Shown: positions 63,989-64,000 of the stretch, piece by piece
Layout: every line of letters begins with the position of its first letter
Numbering within the stretch: position 1 is the first letter of the stretch
IMG/VR virus record: IMGVR_UViG_3300047558_000137
Span: 124,001-188,000 of that record
Direction: 5' to 3' (one strand)
DNA length: 64,000 nt
Position numbers and translations under genes: made by a program
Notes under the pieces: model-generated
Seen by the model: only the letters and a program-made list of their open reading frames with translations
Databases searched by the model: none
Told to the model about the DNA's origin: nothing

Positions 63989-64000
63989 TTTTACACTCCT

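Noticed and set aside
1-64000. Genome-wide TAG recoding (code 15)
   Set aside because: Long structural and enzyme genes are uninterrupted in code 11, and TAG-ending genes give no meaningful extensions on readthrough
1-64000. Diversity-generating retroelement, rRNA or IS elements
   Set aside because: No reverse transcriptase, template/variable repeat pair, transposase or rRNA-like sequence recognised

Overview
A 64 kb segment of a large, AT-rich, T4-like tailed phage genome, almost entirely on the minus strand. A proteobacterial host, possibly betaproteobacterial, is inferred from the Bug/TctC proteins and the tmRNA tag. Recognisable genes include PhoH, a clamp-loader subunit, a GroES-like co-chaperonin, a stand-alone DnaE fragment, MazG, baseplate/tail-fibre proteins, ErpA, IF-1, AhpC/AhpD, a B12 radical SAM enzyme, two small outer-membrane beta-barrels, an ATP-dependent DNA ligase and several orphan solute-binding proteins. 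Most notable: (1) an amber-suppressor tRNA (anticodon CUA, 52114-52189) directly upstream of a gene with an in-frame TAG at codon 5; (2) a tandem array of about 36 small paralogous genes (33.7-43.5 kb) whose shared C-terminal F-x-L-[RK]-W motif is often encoded by a repeated 15-mer that also supplies the next gene's Shine-Dalgarno and start codon; (3) a second small-gene array with a DNA-level conserved junction; (4) a thrice-repeated TctC + PP-loop enzyme module; (5) a circularly permuted tmRNA; (6) many apparently leaderless promoters. All protein calls come from motif recognition by eye; no searches were run.
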